Source: Octopus sinensis
Lineage: Eukaryota
DNA length: 64,000 nt
Assembly (NCBI RefSeq): GCF_006345805.1
Contig: NC_043011.1
Span: forward strand, 48,186,464 to 48,250,463
Reading direction: 5' to 3'
A program made the position numbers and the translations under genes. Of the stretch, positions 25,321-38,413 are shown piece by piece. The notes under the pieces were generated by a model. The model saw only the letters and a program-made list of their open reading frames with translations. It was not told the origin of the DNA and searched no databases. Position 1 is the stretch's first letter, and the number at the start of each line of letters is the position of its first letter.

Positions 25321-25440
25321 AAAGAAAACATGCAGCATACTTTAAATCAGTCACATGATCAAAGAAAATGTGCAGTGTACTTTAAATCAGTCACATGATC
25401 AAAGAAAATGTGCAGCGTACTTTAAATCAGTCACACGATC
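25321..25440. repeat. 40-bp tandem repeat, 3 copies
   Basis: Unit AAAGAAAATGTGCAGTGTACTTTAAATCAGTCACATGATC at 25321, 25361 and 25401. Confidence 0.95.
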
Positions 25441-25498
25441 AATAAACGTTATTTCTCACTAGAATTGATTATCGATCCATTAACAGTCTTCTTTTGTG

Positions 25499-26052
25499 TT
25501 GGGTTGTCCAGTAAGTTTATAGTAGCTTACCATTCGACTTATTTTAGAACATGGTTGAGTCCATAAAATAGGATTTGACTACACCTCCATTTAGAGCACA
25601 GTTTAAGCTATCTTTTCGTGGAAGAAGGTTTATGTTCCTATAACCTGTGTTAATTCTGTAACCCTTTCAAATGGAAGATAAGAAAGTTCATTTTCGGCAC
25701 TTGATGCTTTGGGAACCAGACAAAAATTGCTGCAGCTCGGCTCGGATGTTACCCCACCCTCCATATTCACCAGATATTGCTCCTTTGGATTTCCACTTAT
25801 TCAGGTCTCTACAGAATAGTCTTAATGGTAAAAATTTCAATTCCTTGGATGACGTAAAAAGATACTTTGATGAATTCTTTGCCATGAAACCACCTCAGTT
25901 CTGGGAAGAGGGTATTTTCAAGTTAAAGGAAAGATGGAGACACATTATGCAACAAAATGGTTCACATTTGGATGATTAAAAATGTAATGACAAGTATTTA
26001 TTGACCTTTTTCTTTCCTTTAAAAATCGGCATGAACTTTCCGGACAACCCAA
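25499..26052 (+). mobile_element. Internally deleted mellifera-type mariner, copy 2
   Basis: TIRs and the shared deletion junction GATGCTT|TGGGAACCAGAC; ORF 25671-25979 fuses the N- and C-terminal transposase segments. Confidence 0.93.
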
Positions 26053-26886
26053 TAGAACTAGAGAACAGTATTTTAATTTCAAGTAGTACCATTTAAAATT
26101 ATATTTATCAGAATATTTCTCCTTTGTTACAATATTCTTTACATGCCAAAGAATAAAAGGCAAAATCAACACTCCAGAGTAGAATGAGAATTCAGAACAT
26201 ACAGACAATCTAACAAACTTATAGAAGCTTCTATGTCGTTACGTAAACAGCTAGAAATAGAAGCCCAGCCAAATTTCTTTGAATTACTCTTTTTAGGATT
26301 GGGAAAGAAAAGGGCAAAGAAAACAGTATACCAAATAATGTAGTCTAAGATATATTCCTAGAAAGGTGGGAAGGCCATGGTTTGTATGTTTAAGTCTATT
26401 TAATGAGATCCAACCTGGGACTTGATAACATTAACATTATAATATGATAAATATGTAGTTCTCTTGCTCAAACAACTGTAATAGTCGTCGTTTTTATCCA
26501 TTCATAGCAAATGTTAGCTTAATTTCCTGATATCTTCACTTGTCTTGCATAACCCCCACAGCACCATGTCACACCCAAACCAATCTTTGCTTTGCTTCTT
26601 ATTTTAGACATTCCTCTCACTTTCTCCATATTCCCTGCAGACACTTTCAATCTTACATTCAAAACTCTTTATTACATCGTTATTTGGATAATATTATAAA
26701 AATAACAGCTTTACTGCTGATATAATCGGGATATTTACACGGAAGATTAAAAAAACAAATAGTAAATAAACAACACCACCCACCCTTGTTCCACCCACCT
26801 CATACCATAAATGCTGATTTTTCATCTTATGTTAAGATTTATCATTTTACTAACAACACATCTTGTTCGTTTTCTTTTACCTGTAG

Positions 26887-26954
26887 GGCTGGCTACGTTG
26901 AATAACTTGTGTACCAAAGTTCTCAGAAGGAAACTTGAAGCCAGGCTTGCATAA
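26887..26954 (+). CDS. Candidate terminal coding exon of an unidentified gene
   Basis: Strong acceptor TCTTGTTCGTTTTCTTTTACCTGTAG|G; phase 1 reading (R)LATLNNLCTKVLRRKLEARLA*; AATAAA at 26979-26984. Confidence 0.55.
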
Positions 26955-26988
26955 CTGATTACTTCTAAATCTTGGTGTAATAAATCAT

Positions 26989-27022
<34 letters not shown>

Positions 27023-27404
27023 TAATAGTAATAGCAATATTATAATCATTTCCAGGAGAAATAAGAAAAATATACGTGGAAAATGTAATTCTGAATGTTT
27101 GTTGTTTTTTTGGCAAAGGATGCAAGTTGCAAAGTATATCTGGTCTGAGGCCAAATTCATCAGTGCTAATGAAAAATCCATTCACGGGGAGAGGAAAACA
27201 AAAATGTCAAACATATTGGATGGATGTCAGATGTCAGATGATACCAATAGTCTTTCATTTCATCAAAGAAGCGCTTGTAATGTTGGAGTTCCATAATGAA
27301 AAATAGATTATGTGTATGTGTGTGTGTGTGTGTGCATGTAAGTCTGAATATCTGTATATATTTATATGCATGTTTGTGTGTGTGTCTATATATATATATA
27401 TATA

Positions 27405-27925
27405 TCATCATCATCATCATTATTATCATCATTGTTTAACGTCCATTTTCCATGCTAGCATGGGTTGGAGGGTTCGGCCAGGGTCTGGGAAGCCAGGAGG
27501 CTGCACCAGGCTCCAGTCTGATCTGGCAGTGTTTCTACAGCTGGATGCCCTTCCTAATGCCAACCACTCCATGAGTGTAGTGGGTGCTTTTTACGTGTCA
27601 CCAGTACAGGGGCCAGAGGAGGCTGGCAACAGCCACAATAGGTTGGTTCTATTTATGTGTCACTGGCACGGAAGCGAGCCAAGGCAGTGCTGGCATTGGC
27701 CACGCTCGGAAGCTTTTTACGTGCCACCGGCACGGGCCAGAGGAGGCTGGCAACGGCCATGATTGGTTGGTACTTTTTACGTACCACCAGCATGGAAGCC
27801 AGCCAAGGCAGCGCTGGCATTGGCCACATTCGGATGGTGCTTTTTATGCGCAACTGGCATGGGCATCACAACTGCAATTTCCATTTAATTTTTATTTTGA
27901 TGTTGATGTTGATGTGCTTCACTCA
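27405..27925 (-). mobile_element. Near full-length family C SINE with five alternating internal units
   Basis: Units alternate between GGCCAGAGGAGGCTGGCAAC and GGAAGC(G/C)AGCCAAGGCAG; the 5' part matches 31548-31620. Confidence 0.85.
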
Positions 27926-28404
27926 ATAGGCAAATAGATAAAGAGTTATTGATATTACAAATGCCTCTGTGTTTGTGTATGTGCTGAGTATAGACATAGG
28001 CATGATTGTATTGATAAAAGGCTTGCTTTCCGTTGACCATGTATTTGTAGCTTCAGTTCACTACCCAGCACCCTGGGCAAGAGTCTTCAGCTGTAGCCTC
28101 AAACCAATCAAAGAGTGTATTCTAGATTCACAAACACTAACTAGAAGAGAAACATCTGTGTCGAAGTTGTAGTGTACCAGATAGATAGCTGCTTTAAGAG
28201 GGACAGGTGGTGAGTATGGAAGACGATAGATTGGTAAAGACATGACAAGAAATCCATGGAGAGGAAAAAAAAACTGGAAGAGGAAGACCAATGAAGATGA
28301 AGGTAGAATATCTCTGAAAGCTGATCTCAATGTGTGGAACCTCACAAAGGAGTTGACAAATCAGAATGCAGTAAATAGTGACATGATGTACAGGAGGAGT
28401 GAAA

Positions 28405-28722
28405 TCATGTGGCTTGGTGGTTAGGGCATTCGGCTCCTCATCGCAAGCTCGTGAGTTCAATTCTCAGCAACGCATTGTGTTCTTAAGCAAGATACTTCAT
28501 TTCCTGTTGCTCCAATCCACTGAGCTGGCAAAAATGAGTTGTACCTCTATTTCAAAGGGCCAGCCTTGTCACAATCAGTGTCACACTTAATCTCTTTGAG
28601 GACTATATTAAAGGCACACATGTCTGTGGAGTGCTCAGACACTTGAACATTAATTTCATGAGCTGACTGTTCCATTGATCAAACCAAATGGAACCCTTGT
28701 GATCATAACCGGCAGAGTGCCA
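28405..28722 (+). mobile_element. tRNA-derived SINE family G
   Basis: GTGGCTTGGTGGTTAGGGCATTCGGCTC..GAGTTCAATTC..CTTAAGCAAGATACTT..GAGTGCCAG; copies at 39981-40303 (+) and about 31110-31370 (-). Confidence 0.8.
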
Positions 28723-29149
28723 GTTTTTTAACACTGGAGGACATGCATCAAACTTTTACAAACTTAGAAAAGTTGGCTTAAAATTTAAGCCCACTTATGT
28801 GTGTGTGTGTGTGTGAGAGTTGGTGTGCATATGTATGCGTGTTCATGTGTGCCTGTGTATATATGTGTGAATGTATGAACATTAATCTTGATTCAGCATA
28901 TCCTTATTAACATTATCTGAACAAAAAACAGTGACATTTATCTGCTCAGATAAAGCCCTTTAAGACAATGCCCCAGCAACACTGCGAAAATGAAGAAATA
29001 TTGCTGAAGAATTTGGGAATTTTACTGTTTCAAAAACACAAAAATATAGAAAATAAATTAAAGACAAAAACTAACTGAAAAACAGTTGAGTTTTAATTAA
29101 AACAAGTTTCACAGAAAAGCTAACATATTTGTATTTTCATGCATGAGTG

Positions 29150-29158
29150 TATATATTT

Positions 29159-29207
<49 letters not shown>

Positions 29208-29350
29208 TACATACACATATATATATAGATATATATATATATAATATATATACATGTTTATATATATATACATGCATATACATACATACATACATAATAT
29301 ATATATATATATATATATATGCATATCCATATATATTTATATATATGCGT

Positions 29351-29396
<46 letters not shown>

Positions 29397-29420
29397 ATAT
29401 ATATATACATACACATGCAT

Positions 29421-29468
<48 letters not shown>

Positions 29469-29595
29469 ATATATATACATACATATATATATATATATAT
29501 ATACACATATCTATATATATATATATGCATATACATACACACATATATATATATATATATAATATATATATATATACATACATATAATATGTATG
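29150..29595. repeat. (CA)n plus degenerate (TA)n field
   Basis: Direct inspection. Confidence 0.95.
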
Positions 29596-29714
29596 TATAG
29601 TTAACTATACTGGGCTTCTCCCAATTTAACAAAATGCTACCTACATCAATGAAATGAACAACACTGAAATAAATATCTAAGTAAATTAGTAACAATGATG
29701 ACGATGATAATGAA

Positions 29715-29926
<212 letters not shown>

Positions 29927-30546
29927 GATCTAGTGAAATGAAAAATAACAATAACTGTAGCAAGAGAGGAAAACAATAAAATAAACTAAAGCAATAGAGA
30001 AGTAAAAAAAAAAAAAAACTGAAAGATAATTCATCTAATTCAGAATTTTTTTCAATAAAAGAAAAAATATCATAACTGATTTCAGTCTCAGAGAACCATT
30101 TGGCATTTCGCAGGAAATAATGAAACAATAGCAATACTTAAGGAGACAATCGCTTGATTGTTTCTTTTGTTTCTGTTCTTGCTGTTGTTATTTTTTTTGT
30201 TTTTTGTTGTTAGTTTTATTATTATTTGAATGACATTCAGATAATTAATGGACAAACATGTTGAAATTGATCCAAAACTAATGTCTATATTAGACGCTAT
30301 CTGATCTGGAGTTAAATACATTTCGGAATAGAGACGAGAGAACAATAATGATAATGATGATCAGGACGATGGCGATGGCAGTAATAATAATAATAATAAT
30401 AATATTAATAATAATAATAATAATAATAATAACAATAATAGTTTCTTGGTTAGCCACAAGGGCTGGCAGGAATATTAAAAAATGAAAAGGAAGGAGTGAA
30501 AGACATTAAATAATATATGGATGCACATGTACATATACACACACCA

Positions 30547-30579
<33 letters not shown>

Positions 30580-30612
30580 CACATTCATATGCTTTTTCAC
30601 TTCTGCACCTAG

Positions 30613-30693
30613 GTACATGTTCTCCCAATATATCCTGGAGAGCTTGCTGTATGAATTAATATGCGGCAAAATTTATTTTGCTTCCATCCTTTT
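30613..30693 (+). CDS. Candidate 81-nt internal exon
   Basis: Acceptor GCTTTTTCACTTCTGCACCTAG|G, single open frame YMFSQYILESLLYELICGKIYFASIL, donor TT|GTAAGT (phase 2-2). No homology recognised. Confidence 0.35.
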
Positions 30694-31547
30694 GTAAGTA
30701 GAGGTATATAACATCTTTCTATGTCCTCTTTTGGATTATCACATGTGGCAAAGAAATGCAGTTTATGTTTACAAAATTCCTCTGCCAACACTTTGTCTTT
30801 GTAACTGTGATAGGTCTAAAAGTTCCGTTAGTTCAGTTTGCATTAAGGGCAGGTTTGCCTTTATTTACCTACTATATTTATGGACAATGACCAGTTTCTG
30901 TCTTTGTCAAATCATTGCAATATTACTGTTGTGTTATTTCTGCTGCTACTAATTGCAAAAATACATGTTTGAGCATTGGCAATATTTTTTTTTCTATTAA
31001 TGGACATTCTGTCAGTTATGACAACACATGCTCCAGTACATGATCAGTGAAACATGTTCCAACACATGCTCCAAGACATGTTGGATTCAACACATGTTCC
31101 AACACATGATCAATGAAACAGCCTGCTCATGAAATTAATGTGCAAGTGACTGAGCACTCCACAGACATGCATACCCTCAATGATTCAGCATGGCACAGAA
31201 TGTGACGTGGCTGGCTCTTCGAAAAATAGGTACAACTCACATTTGCCAACTGAGTGGACTTGAGCAACATGAAATGAAGTGTTTTGTTCGGTGACACAAT
31301 GTGCCACCAAGTACTGAACTCCCTACCTTACAATCATGAACTAAAAATACTGACCACTAAGCCATGCACAATCACTATTTCCTTCTATTAATTATTCACA
31401 AAGCCATTCTTTATTCCCTACCTTCTATCCATTCATTTTCTCTTCCATTATTGTAGTGCTCAGTTGTGTAGCTTAATGGACCTTCTTTGTCATTTCAGAT
31501 GTGAAAATGTAATTCTTGTACAAATAAGTACAAAAGTTAGGGCAACC

Positions 31548-31871
31548 TGCTGTGCTTGAGGAGACCTATTGAGTCAAGTACATCAACATCAACATCAAAA
31601 AATCAAATGGAAATTGTAGTCGTGATACCTGTGCTGGTGGCACGTAAAAAGCACCATCCAAACGTGGCCGATGCCAGTGCTGCCTTGACTGGCTTCCATG
31701 CTGGTGGCACATAAAAAGCACCCACTACACTCTCGGAGTGGTTGGCATCAGGAAGGGCATCCAGCTGTAGAAACACTGCCAGATCAGACTGGAACCTGGT
31801 GCAGCCTCCTGGCTTCCCAGACCCTGGTCGAACTGCCCAACCCATGCTAGCACGGAAAACGGATGTTAAAC

Positions 31872-31902
<31 letters not shown>
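31548..31902 (+). mobile_element. Family C SINE, apparently full length, sense orientation
   Basis: Begins ACCTGCTGTGCTTGAGGAGACCTATTGAGTCAAG and ends GGATGTTAAACGATGATTATGAT. Confidence 0.85.
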
Positions 31903-32345
31903 ATAATTACAAAAGTTTGTAAATCCATTTTTATGTAGTCTGCCCCATATACTGAGGATAGACCTTCCTTTGGTATTTATACTCTTTTTTTTTTACAAGT
32001 ACTCCAAAGGAAGGCACTAAATTTTCCAACTAAATGGTCATAAGTTCAGATATCACAGCAGGAAGTACACTACTTCTTAGAATGTCTATATCTGCTAGCA
32101 CACATTGTTTGTTTAAAAGAACAAAAACGAAGTTTGCACTTTAACTGTACTTTACAGCTGATTGGTTAGCTGTGGTGTGAATCATCCATCAGTAAAAATA
32201 ATTTCTGCTTCAGCAAATAAATAATTATCTCATCTATGCAAGCATGGAGAAATGGATGAAAAACAATTTTTAAAAAATAAAGAAAAAATTTTGACAGAAA
32301 AATGTGTGAAAACATACATACATACATACATACATACAGACAGAC

Positions 32346-32393
<48 letters not shown>

Positions 32394-33256
32394 TTACGTA
32401 CACACAAAATTATAACGTGATAATACTTATATGTGGGAATTACTACCATTCTGAAAAACATTCAACTCTCGTGATGGATATATGGATACATTCCCAGGCT
32501 AAGTATAAAAGAAGATGAAATAATAACCACTTATGCATCATGGTAGAGTGCTTGATATAAACGACAGGAAATCATCTGTAAAATAGTAATGTCATCAACA
32601 AATAGAATGATACAGATTTATAGTGCCATGCTATAGTTATCAGCATGGTGCTGTAGTTAACAAATTTGCTTCATAATCCTATGTTTCTTGGCTTGATCCA
32701 GCTCTAAACTACATTTAACCATAGCTTTGTGAGAGGAACTGGACAGACAAACATTGTACAGAATTCACGATAGAATGGTGTCCTGCTAAAATGTGAGTCT
32801 TCTACTTTTAGCCTAAACTCCTTGAAAATGCAGACAAACTCTGGTCTTATGAGCCTGTGGTATATGAAAATATGAATTTGTATGCCTTTCTTGTGGGTGG
32901 ATATATTTTAGGCCATGCTCACATGTACACGTTCACATCATAATCGTTTTAAAGTCCTCTTTTCCATGCTTCCATGGGCTTCATGGAATTTGTTAAGGTA
33001 AACTTTCTATGGCTGGATGCACTTCCTGTCCCCAACCCTCACCTGCCTCCAAGAAAATTAATATATCTCTATGGCCAGACATGTTTACTTAGAATATTGG
33101 AAACGAATGGCACCGCTTGTATGACAGTGACTTTCATTTACAATTATCACATGGTGCCAAGACAACATGATACAAACATATTCACACTCACACACACACA
33201 CACACACACACAATATATATTTTTATATATATATATATATATACATACACACACAT

Positions 33257-33342
<86 letters not shown>

Positions 33343-34587
33343 CATGCATATTCAAATGAAGGTCTTCATGCAGTTTCCATGTACCAAATTCATTTACGAG
33401 ACATTGGTTGGTCTGTGCCAATATTTGAAATATTGCCCAAGGTGCCACGCAGTAGAACCGAACCCTTAACTATACTTATACTATCATACTTGCACCGTCA
33501 TATAAATAAATGTTCATTTGTCAGATAATTTTATTTTATGGAAAAATCTCATTATAAGCTCTGTTGGGTGGTGGGGGGGGGCAACACTCTCTATGAAAAG
33601 AGAATAGGAGTCCATTCTCTATGAAAGACTTGACTCACAGGGGAATTAAACTCTGCTTAGACACATGTGGAATTAAACCATCAATTTATACTATAGTATG
33701 TATAGCTGCTTCAATTTGTATTATATTATATATTGACATACATTGCTATACAGTATACAGTATATAGTTACACAAACAGTTCATTCTGTGGGATACAGTT
33801 TATACCTTGAGGGAAAAGAAAAGTTTTACATTCCATACAAAACCTGTCATTGAAGAAAAGTGGTATAAAAACTATTGTGAAGGATGTTGATGTTTGATCT
33901 CTTTCTAATAAATAGTCTTGCCTGACATGTTAAATTTCTCTTCTTTCTCTTAGGATAAAATTCATTCTGCGGTTTGATCTCTTTATTTTGGCAACTCATA
34001 ATGTGTAAATAGAAAGCTTTAGCGCATCAGGAGCTGGGTGCCTATTCTCTGTGATGCAATAGGTATATGGGAAATTAAACTTTGCTCAGACACATGGGGG
34101 ATTAAATTCTATATGGCATGTTAATGGCATTCGGTTACTTTTACTTTTCTGTCACTGTTCACAAAGCAGAACTCTTCATGTATTCTAAATACAGCTATAC
34201 AAACCATGAAGGGCCTTGGCCATAGCTTCATCCCAATATTAATAATAAAATAGTGTTACTTACTAGTTGTATACCTTTATTATTTGTCTGGCATTCATCG
34301 AGTAACCAGCACACCCGTCCACCCACCACCAATGTATTTGAAAATACTCTTCCTTTCTCTCCTTCTCATTCTTATCATCGTCATCATCATCATCATCATA
34401 ATTGTTGTTTTTGATCATCATCATCATCATCATCATCATCATCGTCTTCACCAACATCATTGTCCCCATCAGCATCATTGTCGTCGTAATTATTGTTGTC
34501 ATCATTATCATCAACACCACTGTCTGCATCACCACTGTCACCACCACCACCACCACCACCACCACCATCATCATCATCGTACAAAGA

Positions 34588-34746
34588 GTACAGCAGGGTT
34601 CCCCCACCACCTCCTGCTGCCAGAACCTCATGGAGCTTTTAAGTGTTTTCGCTCAATAAACACTCACAATGCCTGGTTTGGGAATCGAAACCATGATCCT
34701 ATGACCGCGAGTCCGCTGCCCTAACCCCTGGGCCATTGTGCCTCCA
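34588..34746 (-). mobile_element. Family B SINE head
   Basis: Reverse complement of the B head (GGCCATTGTGCCTC ... GCTCAATAAACACTCACAATGCC). Confidence 0.8.
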
Positions 34747-35612
34747 CATATATATGACAGATGGCAGACTTCTTTCAGTATATGTCTACCAAATCTACTC
34801 ACAAGGCTTTGGTCAGCTCAAGGGTAAGAAAACACTTGGCCAAGGTGCCATGCAGTGTGCCTGAACCGAGAACCATGTGGTTGGGAAGCAAGCTTCTTAC
34901 CACACAGCCACGTATGTGCTATATAGGCTAAACTTTACACATACAATTACATGAGACACTTACAACACAAAGAGAAACAAACTTTTATCGTTGTTTTGTG
35001 AAGACTCTACTTCTCCGTTAATTACACAAAACAAATGTTTTGCTTAGATCAATCTCAGACCGTCAAACGCTGTCTCAGTTCATAAACTCTATTACGAAAA
35101 TGTGTACAACCATAATTTACTACCATCATCTTGCAAAATATTATTACTTATCAAGCATTATGTTTCTATTAATTTTGTGTCTTTCTTCGTTTCTCCCATC
35201 ACCCGAACAATACTATAAATGATAACACTAAGAGAAATTGCAATATTTTGGTTAACATTCCTTCAACTGTATAGTAATCTATGAATTGATTCCATTAGGC
35301 TGCTAGCTTACAAATAGAAAGAAAAAAAAAGAAAAATAATAGTCTGGTGAAAAAAATATGATTGTGTTGCAACCATCTTATAATTTGGAAACAATCAGAA
35401 ATATATATATATATTGTAAAAGAAAATACGTTGTTCTCTATGAACAATAGTATGCAACAGTTAGTAATAATGCTAATTTAGACTGGAGGCTAAACTACAT
35501 AACACATGACAATTAGCAGTAATGATATTTAAGATCTGAAGCTAAATTACAACAATAGTAATACTAGTATTGTATTAGTGTTTAGTCTCAAGGGAGCTTT
35601 GATATAGTAGCA

Positions 35613-36440
35613 TAGCAGTTTTCAATGGGGAGTCCATATGATCCCTGGATGTCAATATAAGATTTTTCATGTTACATAAGCAAAATAGTAAATTGGGGAT
35701 CTGCAGTAGTCTTTAAGGGTTCGTGAAAAGGTTTTGTTTTAGACATATATTTTGCAAGAAACAGCTACAATTATGGTCAAAATTTTGGAACAAAAGTCTG
35801 AAAATTAGAATTTTTATATCAAATGCCCGAAGTTATTTTTAATTTGCAATATATTATTACTTCTATTAAAGATTGCTTGCTAACATAACATGGCAGTCCT
35901 GGTTGCTGTGATGTAGCCCCAGGAGACATCATCTCCAGCTGGCTATACGACATGATCTGTGTCCTTATATTTTGAACAAGATCATGCTGCATAGCCAGCT
36001 GGAGACGATGTCTCCTGAGGCTAAATTACAGCAACATTAGTCCCAAACCAGGACTGCCATGTTATATTGGCAAACAATCTTTACTAAAAAGTACTGTTGC
36101 TGGATATCTCACCATGTGAGATTTAAAAATAGTAATTTTCTAATATTATTACTTGGCCAAAAATTTGGAACAAAGGTCTGAAAATTTTTTTGTCTAGATA
36201 TTAAATCATGGGATCAGTTATTCGGTAAGTATATTTCTATATTGTATGTTTATGAATCAAATCGTATTTGGACATAACAATTCTAAGTTTTAAATATAAA
36301 TGTTCCAAACTTTTGGCCATGACTAGATTTTTTTAGTTAATGTTTAACATAGTTCAGAAACTTTCCATGTTCTCTCAGAGTGTGTTATTGTAAACCTATG
36401 TAAGTGAAAAACAAAACAGGAATTTTGAAAAAGGTGTCTT
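35613..36440. mobile_element. Triple nest: hAT-like MITE containing a Tc1-like MITE (35768-36323) containing a palindromic MITE (35867-36083)
   Basis: Tc1-like ends TA-CAATTATGGTCAAAATTTTGGAAC and GTTCCAAACTTTTGGCCATGAC-TA; the host MITE resumes after 36325 (AAAAACAAAACAGGAATTTTGAAA, as at 8668). Confidence 0.7.
35867..36083. mobile_element. Palindromic (fold-back) MITE
   Basis: TAAAGATTGCTTGCTAACATAACATGGCAGTCCTGGTT..CCAGCTGGCTAT is mirrored by ATAGCCAGCTGGAGACG..AACCAGGACTGCCATGTTATATTGGCAAACAATCTTTA; the left arm carries a small deletion. Confidence 0.88.
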
Positions 36441-37659
36441 TCTCTTTTACTCTTTTACTTGTTTCAGTCATTTGACTGCAGCCACTTAGGTACATCCCAG
36501 TCTTTCCATTATAGGTACTAAATCTGAAATTTTGGGAAAGGGGCTAGATGATCAGCTTCAGTGCTCAACTGCAACCTATTTCACTGTACCTGAAAGATGG
36601 AAAGCAAAGTCGACCTCAATGGAATTTGAACTCAGATCATAAAAGACAGTCTAAATGCCCCCTAAGCATATCGTCTGGCATTCAAACAATTCTGCAAGCT
36701 TACCACCTTACTCTCTTTATAAATAATTCTTTCTTCAGGCTTCTACAAGGCCTGAAATCGGCAAAAAGAGACCGATAGAATAAGTACTGGGCTTACAAAC
36801 GAATAAGCCCCGGGGTCGAGTTGCTCGATTAAAGGCGGCGCTCTACTCCAGCATGGCTGCAGTCAAATGACTGAAACAAGTAAAAGAGTAAAACGAGTAA
36901 AAGAGTCATTTTTTCAGGTTTTCCTTTTAAAAAAAAAAAAACAAGCTTCTGTGCATTCTTACTATCTTTATCTCCTTTGTTCTTTTCTTCCCTTTTAAGA
37001 TCCCTCTTGATCGAAAACCTAGGCCACCCCTTTTTTTTTTTTTTTTTGTTTTTTTCTTTTGTTTTCTTCATCCCCCCCAAAAAAGAAAAGCTCTACCTTG
37101 TAACTTGTCCCATCTGTGTGCAGAGCCCTGTGCGGCCAATAAAGAAACTTATCTTTATCTCCACCAACCACCAAACCAACCATCCAACCACACAACAAAC
37201 CGACAAGCCAACCAGATATCCAACCAACCAACCAACCAACCAACCATTAAACAGGTTTTCCCAATTTTTATCCATTTGTCCCTCTTGATTCCTTTGTTCC
37301 CACATTGTTATATCAGAAATAATTCAAGACTTGTAAATTTTTTGAACAAAAATATAGATTTTTTTTTTCCTTTCGGTAATTTCCATGAAGTTTTGCTCAT
37401 TTGGTGAAGTATTATAATATATTCTAAGCAAATAGTGAGTTATGCGTATGAAAGAATAAACCCCACAAAAACCAGTGACATGGGAAAAGAAAAGGCAATA
37501 GAAATATAGGTTATGCAAAATAATGAAATAATGAGATCAGTTTTATGGAAGACAAAATACTGCATAAGTATTTTTATACGTACTGCTATGCCACAACAGA
37601 ATATCTTTTCCAGATATCGGTAACTGTTATAGTTAATAGTGCAAAAAGCACTCCAATAC

Positions 37660-37778
37660 TCACAACATTATATATATGTATATGTATATAGAAAGATGAA
37701 TGCATGTGTATATGTATATATATATGTATGTATGTGTATATATATATATATATATAAATAATATATATACACATATAT

Positions 37779-37823
<45 letters not shown>

Positions 37824-38000
37824 TATACATATGTATGCTGTAAGAGACTGTACATTATATGTATGTATGTATGCATGTATGTATATATATATATATGTAT
37901 GCATGCATGTATGTGTATGAATATATATATATATATATATATACATAAGAAAGACACACACACATGAATGCATATATATGTGCACATGTGTGTGTGTATG
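37660..38000. repeat. Degenerate (TA)n/(CA)n field
   Basis: Direct inspection. Confidence 0.95.
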
Positions 38001-38379
38001 TGTATGGAAATACCAACTGTGTATGTACATACAAATATAGCCAATTACTGGCTGCATATGCAGATGTAATATTGAAATATACACAATACATTCAAATATT
38101 TATAACATATGTAGATATGAAACTTAGCAATACATATTCAATATATTACAGACTTTATATGTTAATATAATAGCCAAGCAAACCAACCCACAATACTTAA
38201 CAATAATAATAGCAATGTTTTAAAATGGCACTAAACTAGAAATGTTTTGTGGAGGTGGGAATAGACAGTATATTCCTGGAAGGATGAAACGCTAATATGA
38301 CATTAGTGGAATTTGAACCTGGAATGTAAAGATGGAAGAAACATTGCACGGCATTTTTTTTGGCAAGCTGGATAACAAC

Positions 38380-38413
<34 letters not shown>

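Noticed and set aside
17813-27165. Minus-strand exon chain 27076-27165, 26881-26964 and 17813-17908
   Set aside because: Lengths are multiples of three, but splice sites are mostly weak, the peptide is unrecognisable, and the middle piece is better explained as the plus-strand terminal exon.
24532-27860. CRISPR-like repeat and spacer appearance of GGTGCTTTTACGTGCCACC units
   Set aside because: The spacers are homologous to each other, the arrays lie inside a eukaryotic SINE, and no cas genes are present.
36379-36399. 21-nt microexon with a strong acceptor and GTAAGT donor
   Set aside because: It falls within the resumed hAT-like MITE and has no independent support; exonisation cannot be excluded without RNA data.
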